NCBI GenBank assembly: GCA_040954595.2
Contig: CM082576.2
Span: forward strand, 6,141,129 to 6,205,128
Reading direction: 5' to 3'
Origin: Balanoglossus misakiensis
Lineage: Eukaryota; Animalia; Hemichordata
DNA length: 64,000 bases
Below the pieces are notes generated by a model. That model searched no databases. It saw only the letters and a list, made by a program, of their open reading frames with translations, and was not told where the DNA came from. A program made the translations under genes and the position numbers. Shown piece by piece: positions 1 to 12,700 of this stretch (position 1 is the stretch's first letter; each line of letters starts with the position of its first letter).

Positions 1-1318
1 ACGTCCACCTTTATGTTCACTAGTTTGTTAAAAACCAGTTACAGAACTATCTATCAGACTCTCTGAGATTATTTAAACAACAAAATAGACTCTGGGTTTA
101 TGTACAATAACTGATTGTACAACTGGGCTGAAATAACTCATGGGTGAGAAATATATCAGTACTAAGACAAGTTTCCTAGATTTTTTTTTCAACTGGGTTG
201 TCTTTCAAGTCTTTCAGTGACCAAACATTTACAGCAAAAAATACAAAATTAATGTATGTGTATTCGTATATCAAGATTTATCGTAACAAGTTTTTTCAAG
301 CTAAAAGCATCATAACCTATCAGCTTTATGTTTTGTATTTTTGTAAGTATTAATATTACCAGTAGGGAGATTATGTAATCTTACAAAATACTGATTGGGT
401 AATGGTTTAGCAGCTGATGTGCAAGGTTGCTCCTGATTGGTCATTTCTTTCATCAACTTTCTCAAACAGATGCACAAATGCTGTAACCTATGGAGACACT
501 TTCACCACATAACAGTCTCTTTCACAGTACCAGGCTGAATTCCACTGTTATCCCATGTCTTACTTTGTAGCACAACTTATTTTTAATCTTTCAAGTCTTC
601 CAGTTGAATTTTAGTTCACACATTCTAAAACAGAGCTATTGTATTGACTCCCAGGTCACTTGTTTACTTGTGTATTGTTGTATTAAAGGAATACAATCAC
701 ATTTTAATTTGCATGATTATTGATGGTTTAAAAGGGGCATGTATGAGTCCGCTAATGAACTGTGGTGTTCAATGGTTGGTAGTTGACTTTCTCCACAAGA
801 AGTACACACACTAATCCACTAACTGACAGCAAGAAAGCAGACGAGCCAATATTCTAAGTGCTCCTCAAAAAGACAATGGAGGCAAGTCGTCATAGAAAGT
901 GACAGTCTAGTTATTAAATATTTGCATTTCGACAATCTGGAAATTTAGAGTGGTATAAATGAACACATCTCATTGCATACACCACTCATCAAAGTCAGTG
1001 TCAGCCATGACTGCAGCAAAGCAGTATGGATGACTGACAAAGTAACCCGGTCTCTGGTGCTGACTGCGGAGTAACCTACCCGGAGGTCATTGTCCTTTTC
1101 CCTATGCAATTGAATGTGCTGATGATGTTTTGTGGTCCGTCAATGGCTTCTTGAAAATTTTCCCCAAAATGGTAATTCATGTATGTAAGAGAATACTTTC
1201 ATTGGTTTTTGTGTTTAGTGCATCCTTCACCAATCCCAGCTCTTGTACTCCGCCAGTCTTCACAGAAGTGGAACGACTCAAGTATTTGAGTCAGTCTCCA
1301 ACTCCACGAATGTCATAG

Positions 1319-1699
1319 TCATGTCGTCTTGGTTTTGTTTCCACTTTGACTTAGTTGGTGATCCATGATACACTGTCGAAATGCAGTTACTTCTTTCTGG
1401 CATTTCCTCCAGTCCTTACTCTCTGCCATACAGTCCTATAGGCAAAGTAAAAGGGAGACCACGCTTGAAAATGAGCATAGTCTGGCACCTACTACTGACT
1501 ATGTCGCAAAGCTGGGTGACGGGGACGTGACCCCACTCCACCCGCGCCATAAAACGGGTAACTTTGGCAGTATATTCACCTGTACGGCGTAGTGATACTT
1601 GGCACAACCAGTCTTCTCCAGCATACGTTCCACGGGATCCTCCTCCTCTTCCTCTTCCTGAGATTCAGGTGTCTTCTTCGTCGGCTCGCTGGCTGCCAT
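1319..1699 (-). CDS. COA4: Cytochrome c oxidase assembly factor 4 (COA4/CHCHD8/CMC3), twin Cx9C mitochondrial intermembrane-space protein, 78 aa, 2 coding exons
   Basis: Exon 1 1699-1580 (MAASEPTKKTPESQEEEEEEDPVERMLEKTGCAKYHYAVQ); phase-0 intron 1579-1436 (GTGAAT...CTTTGCCTATAG); exon 2 1435-1319 (DCMAESKDWRKCQKEVTAFRQCIMDHQLSQSGNKTKTT*). The acidic run plus DP, GCAxxHxAVQxC and DWRxCQxxVxAFxxC (two Cx9C motifs) match the COA4 family as I recall it. Confidence 0.95.
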
Positions 1700-2095
1700 T
1701 CTGCATGCAGCGACGTACATGCACGTGCAGGAAGTAGCAGACCAGTTAGTTGCAGACTGGCGCATATTCACATTCTGAACACATCGCAAATTCTTATTCC
1801 GAATACTTCATCGGTATCTGCTCTCCAACCGCATAAAGAAGGTTGTTTTTCCGTGATGTCGTATGAGTTCAAATATCCGGTATTACCCCATATCGAAATT
1901 ACCGGTGCAAACTTGGTATGGACGATTAATTTGTCGGAAAGGAACTGGTCGTGAATCCGAACCCGAAGCCGAATCCCAATCCCGATTTTTGCTCAATATT
2001 ACTTCCGGGTTTGACAAAAATTGCCGATACTATCCACTGCCGAATATTTGTCAGATATAATTGATTCGGATGAAGCTTCTAACTAGCGAGCTGTG
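1700..2095. promoter_or_regulatory. Probable bidirectional promoter shared by COA4 and DTD2/ATD copy 1
   Basis: Divergent start codons ~400 bp apart (1699 minus, 2096 plus). The interval is CpG-rich and has an ETS/GABP-type ACTTCCGG at 2001-2008. TSS positions are unknown. Confidence 0.6.
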
Positions 2096-3036
2096 ATGGC
2101 TACTCAAAACAGCGGCAACTCGTTGAACGCCAGGGTGATATTACAACAATGTTTGTCCGGCCGCTTGCAAGTGAAGCCCGCAGATGACGACAGCCCAGCG
2201 GAGTTTGTGGAGGTTTGTATTAAACTGAATGCCACTTTAGTTTCATTTTCATTTTCTGATGCAATACATATAGCGACCAGGACATTTCCCCTGATGCAAT
2301 ACAGTGTCGGTTAAATGGAGGCCCTAATTTTTAACTTTTCTGTAGTGACATTATATTTGATCCTCAACAATAGTAGGATAAATTATCATTTTCTGTTTAG
2401 GTCAAGAGGGGACTTATTGTCTATGTTTGTTTCATGAAAAATGCCTCTCAAGATACAGTGGAGAAAATGGGTAGGTGGATAAATATGAATCTCACTTTAC
2501 ATGCACTTGAAATTAACACTTTTTTGTGGTGTGGCCTGACAACACAATATGTGGATAGCTTGTTTCCGAGACTGAAGTAAGCCTCGGATCCTCTTGTTCA
2601 TGTCTGCAGTATCCTATATTTCCAAATATCATTTCTCTGCTGTTACATCATTGATGTACCCGGCCTGCAGCCACTCAAAAACTCAGCCTACTTTATTTAT
2701 TTCTTTTCAGTAAAATCTGTACTTCAGATTAAATTGAGCGAGTCCGAGGATGGAAAGCCGGTGTCCGTCCTGGAGCTGCCCGGTGACCTCCTCATCGTTC
2801 CACAGGCAACCCTTGGCGGTAAAATGAAAGGAAAAGTCATGCAGTACCACTCTAACATTGGAAAAACCGAAGGACTCGAACTGTATTCTAGTTTTGTGGA
2901 GAGGATACAAGAAACAGTGCAAAACAATACAAAAAGCGTTGAAAGAGATTGTCAGGTTAAATCGGGAACGTATGGCAACAGACAAGTGTTAAGCATTGTT
3001 ACCAATGGACCCTTCACGCACATCATGGAATTTTAA
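2096..3036 (+). CDS. DTD2: D-aminoacyl-tRNA deacylase 2 / Animalia-specific tRNA deacylase (ATD), canonical copy 1, 170 aa, 3 exons
   Basis: Exons 2096-2212 (MATQ...[19 protein letters not shown]...FVE, donor GTTTGT), 2401-2470 ([13 protein letters not shown]..., donor GTAGGT) and 2711-3036 ([16 protein letters not shown]...). The frame is intact across phase-0 and phase-1 introns. ATD signatures QQC, PQATL, MQYHSN, GTYGNRQ and TNGPFTH are all present. Confidence 0.96.
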
Positions 3037-3707
3037 TGCGTACTAAAATATAACCTGTACATGGTGTATTTTATAGGGACAGTCCTGGAATTCATACTGG
3101 GCAGTCCTGGAATTGTTCATTTATTTGTCTTATCGTGGAATCAAATATGTCCGCCTGGCAACAGTTACTGCATAGTTAATATACATTGAAGCAATACGCA
3201 AGATTTGGGTACAATTCGTGACCCAAATTGAGTGTATACCCACATCTGTAGTGTTTATTGCAATTAAATTATATCATTGTTATGCTTTTGTGGTGTATCA
3301 GTGTGGTCTTCTTAGTAATTTGTGCACGGGAGAAGGAAAAAGCATTTATGAAATGATGAACAATGACGAAAGGAAACACGCGTCCCCCCGACCAAGTCAG
3401 ACAGCAAGCAACATTATAACACAAAACGACAGAGAAAATGACGCCACCGGAAAATTGGGTTCAACTTGTTAACAATAGATTGCATTACAATAGATACAGA
3501 CTGACCTTCAAATTTCTAACAATAATATTTCCCATTCATAAAAATCGAAAGTTGATAACTAGTAATCAATACTTTTGTAATTGGGACCAAACCATTTTAA
3601 AAGTTAGGCTGATATCAACCGCTTTTGGTCAACACAAAAGATTTTCGACCACTGTATTGTTGCTGAAGGGATGTTTTGATGATGAGGGGCTAACACCACC
3701 CACTCGC

Positions 3708-3830
3708 TGTGTATGTCAAATATCGTATGACTACCTTGGCGACGTCCATGATACCAACCGAGGATCGACGAAGTCCTCGATTGATATCATGGACATCGCT
3801 TCGGTATCATAGGATATTTTTACGTAACAC
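3708..3830. repeat. Long imperfect inverted repeat (foldback hairpin)
   Basis: Core arms 3739-3764 and 3774-3799 pair at 23/26 positions around a 9-nt loop. Outer arms 3718-3735 and 3803-3819 (aaatatcgtatgactacc / ggtatcataggatattt) extend the stem, with weaker pairing out to 3708/3830. Confidence 0.85.
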
Positions 3831-4211
3831 CATCAGCAGCTGTCTCTACTTATTAAAGTGGATCTCTCTGTGTTTCCAGAAGTCCGTTAATCTCAAGATT
3901 GTCTAGTCACCGAATTTTCTGCGTTTAGCGGGTCACATTTACCGATTTCGGATTCTGTGAGTAAATCTCTAAGTTCCATCCTGATGGGCATTTCTTTTCC
4001 TGCGTCCTGACCTAGTCTAGTTAAAAATCCATCATAGACTCGATTAGAATAGGAAACCCGGCGTTCGCTAGGTTTCTTGGTCCAAGACTCGATCGACTTG
4101 TACATGTATACACGTATTACTGTGTTATATATGCCCTAGCTAACACCGCTTCTCCTGAAATCGTTCCACTTTGATTCGCACGACTATGTTTTCCCTTTTA
4201 GGTTTTATAAC

Positions 4212-4966
4212 ATGGCTAATATCAACTCGACAACAGCCAAGGTAATTTTACAGCAGTGTCTGTCTGCTCGCTTGCAAGTGAAGCCCGCATCTGGCGACAG
4301 TCCGCCAGTCTTCGTCGAGGTTTGTATTGGAATCTATATGTACCTCTGTCACTAAATCAGATCGTGACAAACATATTGCCGTTAAATACACCTACGTTTA
4401 ATTATTTTACCCACATTTCTGGTCGTTTCATTTAGATCAACAGGGGACTGGTTGTTTATGTGTGCTTTATGAACCATGCCTCGCCAGGTACAGTGGAAAA
4501 AATGGGTAAGTCTGTATGCTCATGTCGTTCTGCGTCATTATCATCTGCCGAAAGTTTCTTAAATTCCATCCATTGTCTTTTGGCCTTAGTGTGCAGCGAG
4601 CGTTAAAGGTCATCTTATTTTCATTTCACAGCAAGGTCTATACTGCATGCCAAACTTAGCAAGACAGAAAATCGGGAGTCGGTGTCAATCCTTGACCTTC
4701 CGGGAGATGTGCTTGTGGTGCCGCAGTCAACACTCAGTGGGAAAATGAAAGGCACAGTCATGCAATACCACTCCAAATTTGGGAAAGCCGAAGCACATAA
4801 ACTTTATTTGCGATTCGTGGATGAGGTACGAGAAATGGTAGCAGGCCATGCGAAAATCACCGGCTGTCATTCTCAGGTGAAATGCGGTACATATGGGAAC
4901 AAAGCAGAAGTTATGAACGTTGTTACAGATGAGCGTGGACCTTTCATGCATTTGATGGAATTTTAA
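4212..4966 (+). CDS. DTD2/ATD-like paralog, copy 2, 170 aa, 3 exons
   Basis: Exons 4212-4319 ([36 protein letters not shown]), 4436-4505 (INRGLVVYVCFMNHASPGTVEKM) and 4632-4966 (ARSILHAKLSKTEN...PQSTLSGKMKG...GTYGNKAEVMNVVTDERGPFMHLMEF*). GT-AG sites, the same intron phases and 70-nt middle exon as copy 1, no stops or frameshifts. Confidence 0.9.
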
Positions 4967-7900
4967 TCTCTCACTTTTTGCTGTGGATTTTTGTCACTCT
5001 ATACCAACGAAGCCCAGCCTTGTGAATCGATTTTTTTTTCTCAAAAATTAACTATAAATTTTTGTCATTTTGTCGGTAAGTTTCTTCTGCCTGTCAATAA
5101 CTCAAATTGAAAGTGTGTTGGTGATGAGTAAATAGCTAATATTCCTTATTGCACGACAACAAATTTTCTGAGCTCAGTGATTCAGTCCATAATGAAAAGT
5201 GCGACACCAACGTCAGTGTTTGCACTTTCTGGTATTTGCAGGCCACTAAAATCAGAAAGTGCGCCCTGAAATGAACAAAGTATTACAAAAAAATAACTCG
5301 CTAATTGGATGTGCGTTTTACACGTTTTGACCAAAATAATCACCTTCGTTTTACATACACCATGAAAAGTTCGGTTACTTCGCCTGAACATACACATGAC
5401 AAACGGACGCCCGCTATACGTATAGACACCGTGATTGTATATACCCCACTCCACCCCTTCCATGCTATTACAAGACACAAAGGGTAAACCATAATCTAAG
5501 AGCGCTTGGATCCATTCCAAATCATGATATGTTTACTTAAAGAATAACAAAAAGTCAATCCAACCACTTGTGTTTTGCAAATAAAGGGTCTGCGGAAAGG
5601 GACATTTTTTCACCCTCCGTGCGAAAAATCAATACCTTCGTATGCAAAATAGTGACGTATTACAAAATCCTGCGTGTTGATTGGCTTCAAAAAGGTCGAC
5701 AACCTTCATTTCGGCTTTCACATGCATAGTGAAATATTTCTAAGGTTGCATTTCTGTATAATAATCACAGATATGATAATTCCAGGAGATGTATATTGTT
5801 CAACATCGGCTACAAATGTTGTTCTTAAAATTATCTGAACAAGACTGTTAATGGATGTTTTATGTACGTGAATGAAGATTGGGAACAATACAGAAATATC
5901 AATACATTCACTGACATGTGTTAAATGGTAAACGGTATGCAATACTTTATTTGTTACTGAGATGGCCACAAATGTACCGGGGCCAGATTCTTTAAGTGTG
6001 CCAATAGTTTTTTTCAGACCACACCAAAACGCACACCTATCCGAAAACTTAGATATACTTTATGATCCCCCAGCACCACCCCCTCCAACCTGATATGAGA
6101 GTGTTTACGCTTTCTCAATCAGGTCAACATTCGTTGAAATTGATCAGAAGGGATTGCAATGTCACATCCGATGAGCTTGACAATGAACCCCACCTCCAAA
6201 GAAAATGCAATAATGAGACATCTAGGCGTGTGCTTTTACACAGGCCCTGGAGACAGTCCTTCACTGAAACGTACAAAAGCGCTGTTCATTCCGACTACAA
6301 CAGCGATTGACGTCTGACATACTTTCCCTGCCCTTTGTGACAAGAAAAGAAAATATTGCCGCTAGTACGAACCCGCGGTAAACTTTTATATTATTGCAAC
6401 ATCTGTTGCCAGGGGTATATTTACATGTAAACCATCTCAATCATGTGATGTATTAGAAAATACCACACTAAAACTGCTTTTAACTGGGTTGTTGCTATGA
6501 TCCTCCCATTGATTATCATTAATATTTTATCTGTCCGACCGCTGTCTCCAGAAATCGTTTTTTTTTCTAACCAACAATTGGGTTACAAGTTCAAAAAACA
6601 TGGTTTAAGACCAGCTGCAAGCAATCAATGCAGTTATTATTTCAACCAACTGCAATTTGCATGTCATTATACGTGTCCTCCTGCCCACATGAAAGGCTGA
6701 ATAAACACGGAACTGTCTTGAAAACATACGTGCTGGTATTTATTTAGATTTATCTAGAGGCAAACAGCAAAACACTTCCAAATGCTGATGGGACTAGTGT
6801 GGAGAATCTGTGAGATGTATTGCTGGACTCTGGCAATAAATTAGCTAGCCCCACCATCGCCATCGTGTAAACGCTGCGTCGAGGCAGGTGGTGTATTACG
6901 GTGTCAAGAATGGTTTTATTCATTGTTGCACAATTGACCCTTCTCATGTGTTCAACTTTCAATGTGCTTTTCAGGTAAATAGTTTGTCCTCCGGTTTTCT
7001 GTTGTTTGTCATGGTATTCGCTATTAAAAGGGCTGTGAACCTTTCAATCGGGCGCAAAGTTGTGCAGTTGTGCATTTTCTGTGCAGCCTATACACATTGG
7101 ATGTGAATGAATCGAACTGGCAACCGTTTTATACGTTGATAATGTGCCTTTGTCGTACGTTAAAAGCGGGCTGTAGTTTGCATTTACAAGATCATGTCAA
7201 ACTAATGTTTAGGCAAGATACAGACAGACACACACACACGGAACTTAGAAAAGGTAAAAAAAAACAGAAAGGAAAAAAAGCTATTCGTGGCACGCAATTT
7301 TATGCATCGTTAGATAATGACTATCTTAATGAGCGCGTCCAGATGGTGCAGTAAATGGGGGTTAACAATAAGCTCCGATTTTTCATTTGGAAATTGTCTT
7401 CCCAAACAGAATGTGTAAGTAAGAACGCACAAAAGTCACCGAATCCAAATACAGTGGATGATAAAGCAATGGTATTTGAACGGCAAACTCAAATATTAGG
7501 GGACTGAATTGAAAGGTACACAGACCTTCACCTCCATCGAGAAGATACGCTATGTTCCGCGCCAAGCTCAATGAGAGATGTGGTACTTGGAGCATCAGCT
7601 TATTTTTAGGCCTGTTTTGGGTTTCGCTAATCTAGAGACTTTGAAAAAAAGTGTGCTGGTGGAAAAGATTATTTCATTAGATATTCGTGGTTAAATAAGG
7701 GCATTCTTTTGAAATGGTCATAAATAACAGTCCGCGGAGCTTTAATTTGACAAACTACCTCGTCAATTTTCTCTATTATCCATGGCGGATGTGTCACATC
7801 GTCATAAAAGTGCAAAAGAACATATATTAACGACCACCTTTGGCATTTCTGTATCACAATGTTTTCCGGGTTCAGTCTGACCGAATTTAACAGTTTACAG

Positions 7901-9700
7901 TTTTGCTTCAAAATAACTATAGGGTTCTTCGCTGTGACATGTGCGGAGCAAAACTGATTGTGGTTTACGACAGCATTCATCCAAACGACACTTTGTACTC
8001 GGTGAATTGTTCCCCTTTTCTGTAGACAGTACAAGAAACCAATAAGTCAGTTGATTTCTACAATATTCACATTTACCGAGATATGAACAACTCACACAAA
8101 ATTGACCTAAATAAGTCGTGAAAAATTGTCGTTTCTGATCTTATAATCCGTAATGTCAGGCAACAATATACACATGTTGACACGAAATTGTACATATTTA
8201 GGGTCGCAAAATAGCATGTATGCTGGACTGATCACGACAAAACTTTCTTTACTTGCTTGCGACTAAGCAAATGGCCAAATTCAAAACAGGGATGAGTGCA
8301 CGGGTTTTATTCGCCTTGCAATTGTTCAGATGGACATTTTGTGACGAATAAAGGCGGCGGACAAAAGCAAATACGTTCGACAAAGGCCACTTTCCGCGTC
8401 CTGAGAAAGATGAGGATACTCTCGCTGTCACCTTACGCGAACCCCTCTCTTTTGAAACGGCTTAGAGCATTTTACAAGGACCGGGTGGAAGATAACAGGT
8501 CAGGTATCAATACACCTTGCCACAAGGAGTACCAGGGCACTTTTAATGGTTGTTATCACTGGGTCACTGGACTTAATTTAATGCCATTCAACTCCCTCGA
8601 GGAACACAACAGCCAACCCCCAAGCTGTCCATCGAGCGGCATAGACGCAGCTAAACACATTCTAATTGTGGTCAGTGTGACATACATTGTAAACAGATTA
8701 TTGGAATCTCTTTCAACAAGATCGTGGAGATAGGAGAATGAACTAAACCGTGAATTCGAACTCGTACTTAAGCATCACGAGACTGTAGCAAAGTGCTCAT
8801 GCAAGAACCCGTTAAAAGGCGAACCTTCTTTTCAGCTATGCAAATAGATTAGCTTACTAAAGATTTCCATGAAAACCAAAGACTCTTAAGAACAAATAAA
8901 CATTTAATGTCTACAAACTAGTAATATTTTTTACTTGATTATTTCTAACAGAAACGCGACGATGGACACATATTTTAAAGAAGATATTCATTTAATAGTA
9001 CACGCGTTTCACGGTGCAGAAAGACGTAAAAGTAATTTGGTAGTATGAGCTGCCATAACTTGTCAAGGTCGAAATGGAAAGATATTTGCATAATAATTTA
9101 TTCAATAAACCACAAAAAGTAAATTTTCTAAACGGACTTTACAAATGTAGTCCCAATGATGTTTTTTTTTGTTTATTTTGCTTATGTACCAATGAATTCG
9201 GCGATAGCAAAGTGACATTACCAAACTGTTGAATATCATGATCTCTTCCCTCACACAACCAGAACGTACAATGTACGAAAATATTGAACTATTTAGCATA
9301 CAGTTATGTCAATATAATGCATTAATTTGAAAAGGGTTTTATGTGAACGATTGAGCCATAATCATATGATACGAATTATGTGTGTCATCTGGAACTGTGC
9401 GGGAGTATTGGTGCGATGATATTGGTACGCAAAACGCGGATGAATTGTCCCTTATTCCCATTCATATGATAATGAATGACCAATTAATAAAAAAGGCTGT
9501 GCCCAGCCTCGCTATGTGTCTATAGAAGGAGTGCCAGGAGTGTGTACTTTGGGTTAGTACAGCGCAGAGCAGCACAAACATTCTGTCGACTTTCAGTGTA
9601 TCTTCACGCAGGGACGGCTTCGGCTAAGAAATCCGTACTTGGACGTTAAATGTACAGTCAGACCAATCCTTGAGATACTCGTTATTGGTCGTAAGAAAAG

Positions 9701-12700
9701 ATGGAGCGGCCGTCCGTGAACCCATCGGGTTCATCGGCGAAAGTTATCGTCCAGCAATGTAGCGCTGCACGTGTGAAGCAAAAAGTCGCGATTGGAGATA
9801 ACGTCGAATATAACGAGGTAGGTTTTTGTGACTTGGCCTCATACACATACTTGTCTGTCTCTCTGTCTGTCCATGCCCCCGAGTCCCCCCTCTCTCTCTC
9901 TCTCCCTCCCTCTCTCTCTCCCTCCCTCTCTCTCCCTCTCTCCCTCCCCCTCTCTCTCTCTCCCTCTCTCTGCGTACAGACACTTCACAGACACATCACT
10001 GCGCCATACAAAAACTAAGGTACAGGTGCCGTGACAATCGTTTCATGTAAACGCCATATCTCACTCGATCCGGTTATAAACTCTATTCACTGCAGCTTTC
10101 CTCTTGAGATTTGAGAAATCACGGTCCCTGTGAAGATTCAACCACAGCCCCTCCAGGGAGTGTGCTTCAACCATTCAGTGGTGTTTCAGATATGTACCAT
10201 GATACCGGGTATTTTGGGATGTTTGCCAACTGGGCATTGGTGTCGGACTTGGCAAACGTTGCCGCACGTTTAACGTGAACTTTCTGTCTAATACTGTCCG
10301 TGAATTGTTTGGAAATTGTTTGTGGAGTCAGTACCTGTGTGCGCCTACGGTATATGAAACATATAAAAAAAGTAAGTTTCATTCAGCTGACACGAAAACG
10401 TGCTGGGAAGTAGCTGTCTACAATGAGTCGGAACTCAAAGAGACGGCACGGTCGCATTTACACAAGGCGTCGTAAAGTGCGCGTAAGACCTGACAGTGTT
10501 TGTGTCGGATTGACTATAGAATGAAATGAGCTGTCATGTTAAGGGGGAAAATGAACGATGGATTTTGACATATGAAGAGTAAGCCTGCTTGACTCGTGTC
10601 AACAATTCGATTTGTGCGCGTTACCCCAAAGTGGCAGAAAGTGCGAGTTTAATTTGGCGACCATCTCACTTCCACTCATTGCATTCATTTCAACCATAAT
10701 TGGCATCTTCGGGTGAATAGCAGCCCCGTCTACCGAGCTCTGAACCTCAATTAGGGCTACCCATTAACGCGACGGTTGCTAGAACTAGAAACTACTCTAA
10801 CTTGAATTGGTCCTTGTCAGGACTAGATTGGCATAAAATAGCTTGAGTTCGGTCTATTTTTTTGCGTTTCAATCATTGGGCCAGAACTAACATTATTGCT
10901 TAATGTGATTTTGATGTTGACATGAATGATGCGCAATAGATAGCAGTAGTCGATTTTCATGGGCAAATTCGGTGCTCAGACTCCCGTCAAAACGTCGCTT
11001 CAAAGTTGGTTGAATATCCTCTTCCCGAATCGTCAACTCATTGCCTGTTTACTTGATGAGGAGGATGATCGCCGGCGCTACGAATTTAGGCAAGAAAATC
11101 TGTTGTAGGCACGTGATGTTGTTCACGGGCATCTTTTGTGGAGTGACGACGTCATTGTGTGTCATTGAAGAGCCAGCGCGAATCAGGTTCATGGGGAATC
11201 CTGGTTTTAGCGGTCCATTAGTGACCTTCAACAGCCACATTTTCTCCGTCAACATGTGGCGCAAATTTTTTTTTACATTATCACCAAATTTTCTGCAATT
11301 TTAACCAATTTATCCCTTAATTTTAGACCAATTGGACATAATTTTCATTTGTCTATAGGTCTTAATCAAAATTTGCGAAAATCTTGGAAAATTTTATACG
11401 GATTATATTTTTAATAATGGCGACATGTTGACTATGGCGTTGTAAGAGAGGGACTGTCCGTCAATAGAGCGACCGTGTCTTCACTTTCCCTCCAGTCTGT
11501 CTGCGGGATTAATCGAAAGGGGAAAGGTTGACAGCATATCACACGAAAGCGGATTTCTGACAAACAGTATAGTCACATCTTTCATTTGAAATCTTGACAA
11601 GTCATTGTTTTGTCAACATGGCAACACGGTGTAAACCTCGTCTAATATGTGGTCCCACCATCTAGTTCATTGCCCCCTTGAAGATCCGAAGTCTAATGCA
11701 TGTTTTTCACTAAGTTCCATGACATATGTACCGGCTTCGCTCATTGGTGCTGCTGGATCTCTTAGGCCTATACTTACAGCGCACTGATTGGTTGGTCTCT
11801 TTCTCGTACGTGTTATTAGCATGCAATGTTCGTTTTACAGCATCCTTATTGGCTGGAACGATATAATAGCCTCGTTCTGTAGCGTTCGCCAGAACCGACA
11901 GTACACCCTCGCCGCCAGTTTGCCCTTATGACAGACTTGATAGCGATCAGTTCACATGCAGCTACACAGTCCGAGCCTGTGAATGTTTTCAGTTCAAGTT
12001 TTGTAAAAGTCGCCCCTTCTTCCGCAACCGACATCGAGCTGATTGATTCGTTCTTTGAATAAACGGCAGGAGTTCCAGAGCCCCTTTTGATAATAATTAT
12101 CAGTTTGAAAATAAAACTTTTCTGTATTTTGAAAGTGGCGTGGTCTTACTCAACCCATAGTCCTTTGCACTTCTATACCGCGTGCGTAAAATGAAAAACA
12201 TTCGAAAACATACTCGTTTGCTCAAAGGAGAACCACTTATCAGAATGTCTTTCTGAATACAAGTTACAGGTTATATATCCACCGAGTAGACCCGGAATTT
12301 AAATGACGTCAAGGTAATTAGACGAGAATTTCTATTGGAAATGCCCATTGAAAAAGGTACATTTATAAATGCTACCCTTCATGGTGGCCGTCGGTAGTTA
12401 CTCGCCTGTGCGACTCGCATTTCTGTTTAACTTGGGCCAGAGGTATATCTCATGAAATCTGGGCTTTGGTGAAGAGACATATTCTCCTGTCAACCCCGTT
12501 AAACTTGAATGATTACATCGCTACATACACGTATACGTCGTTTTGTTGTGAGATTATGCTTTACCTTACCTTCCCGGATATTTGAGGTTCGAAGTCTACG
12601 ACGTTTATTTTTCTGCTTCTGGTGACCCCCCTTTTTATGATCAACATTACGAATTCTATTACACCTTCCTATAATATGAGCTGAAGAAAAGGAGCGACAA

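Noticed and set aside
1313-1321. COA4 stop in a leaky TGA-CTA context (readthrough or selenocysteine)
   Set aside because: A second in-frame TGA follows after one codon, and I see no SECIS-like structure.
8296-8733. 145-aa ORF between ATD copies 2 and 3
   Set aside because: Non-ATG start, no recognisable domain, no supporting splice structure.
9744-10034. ER/SL-rich ORFs
   Set aside because: Translation of the CT microsatellite in an intron.
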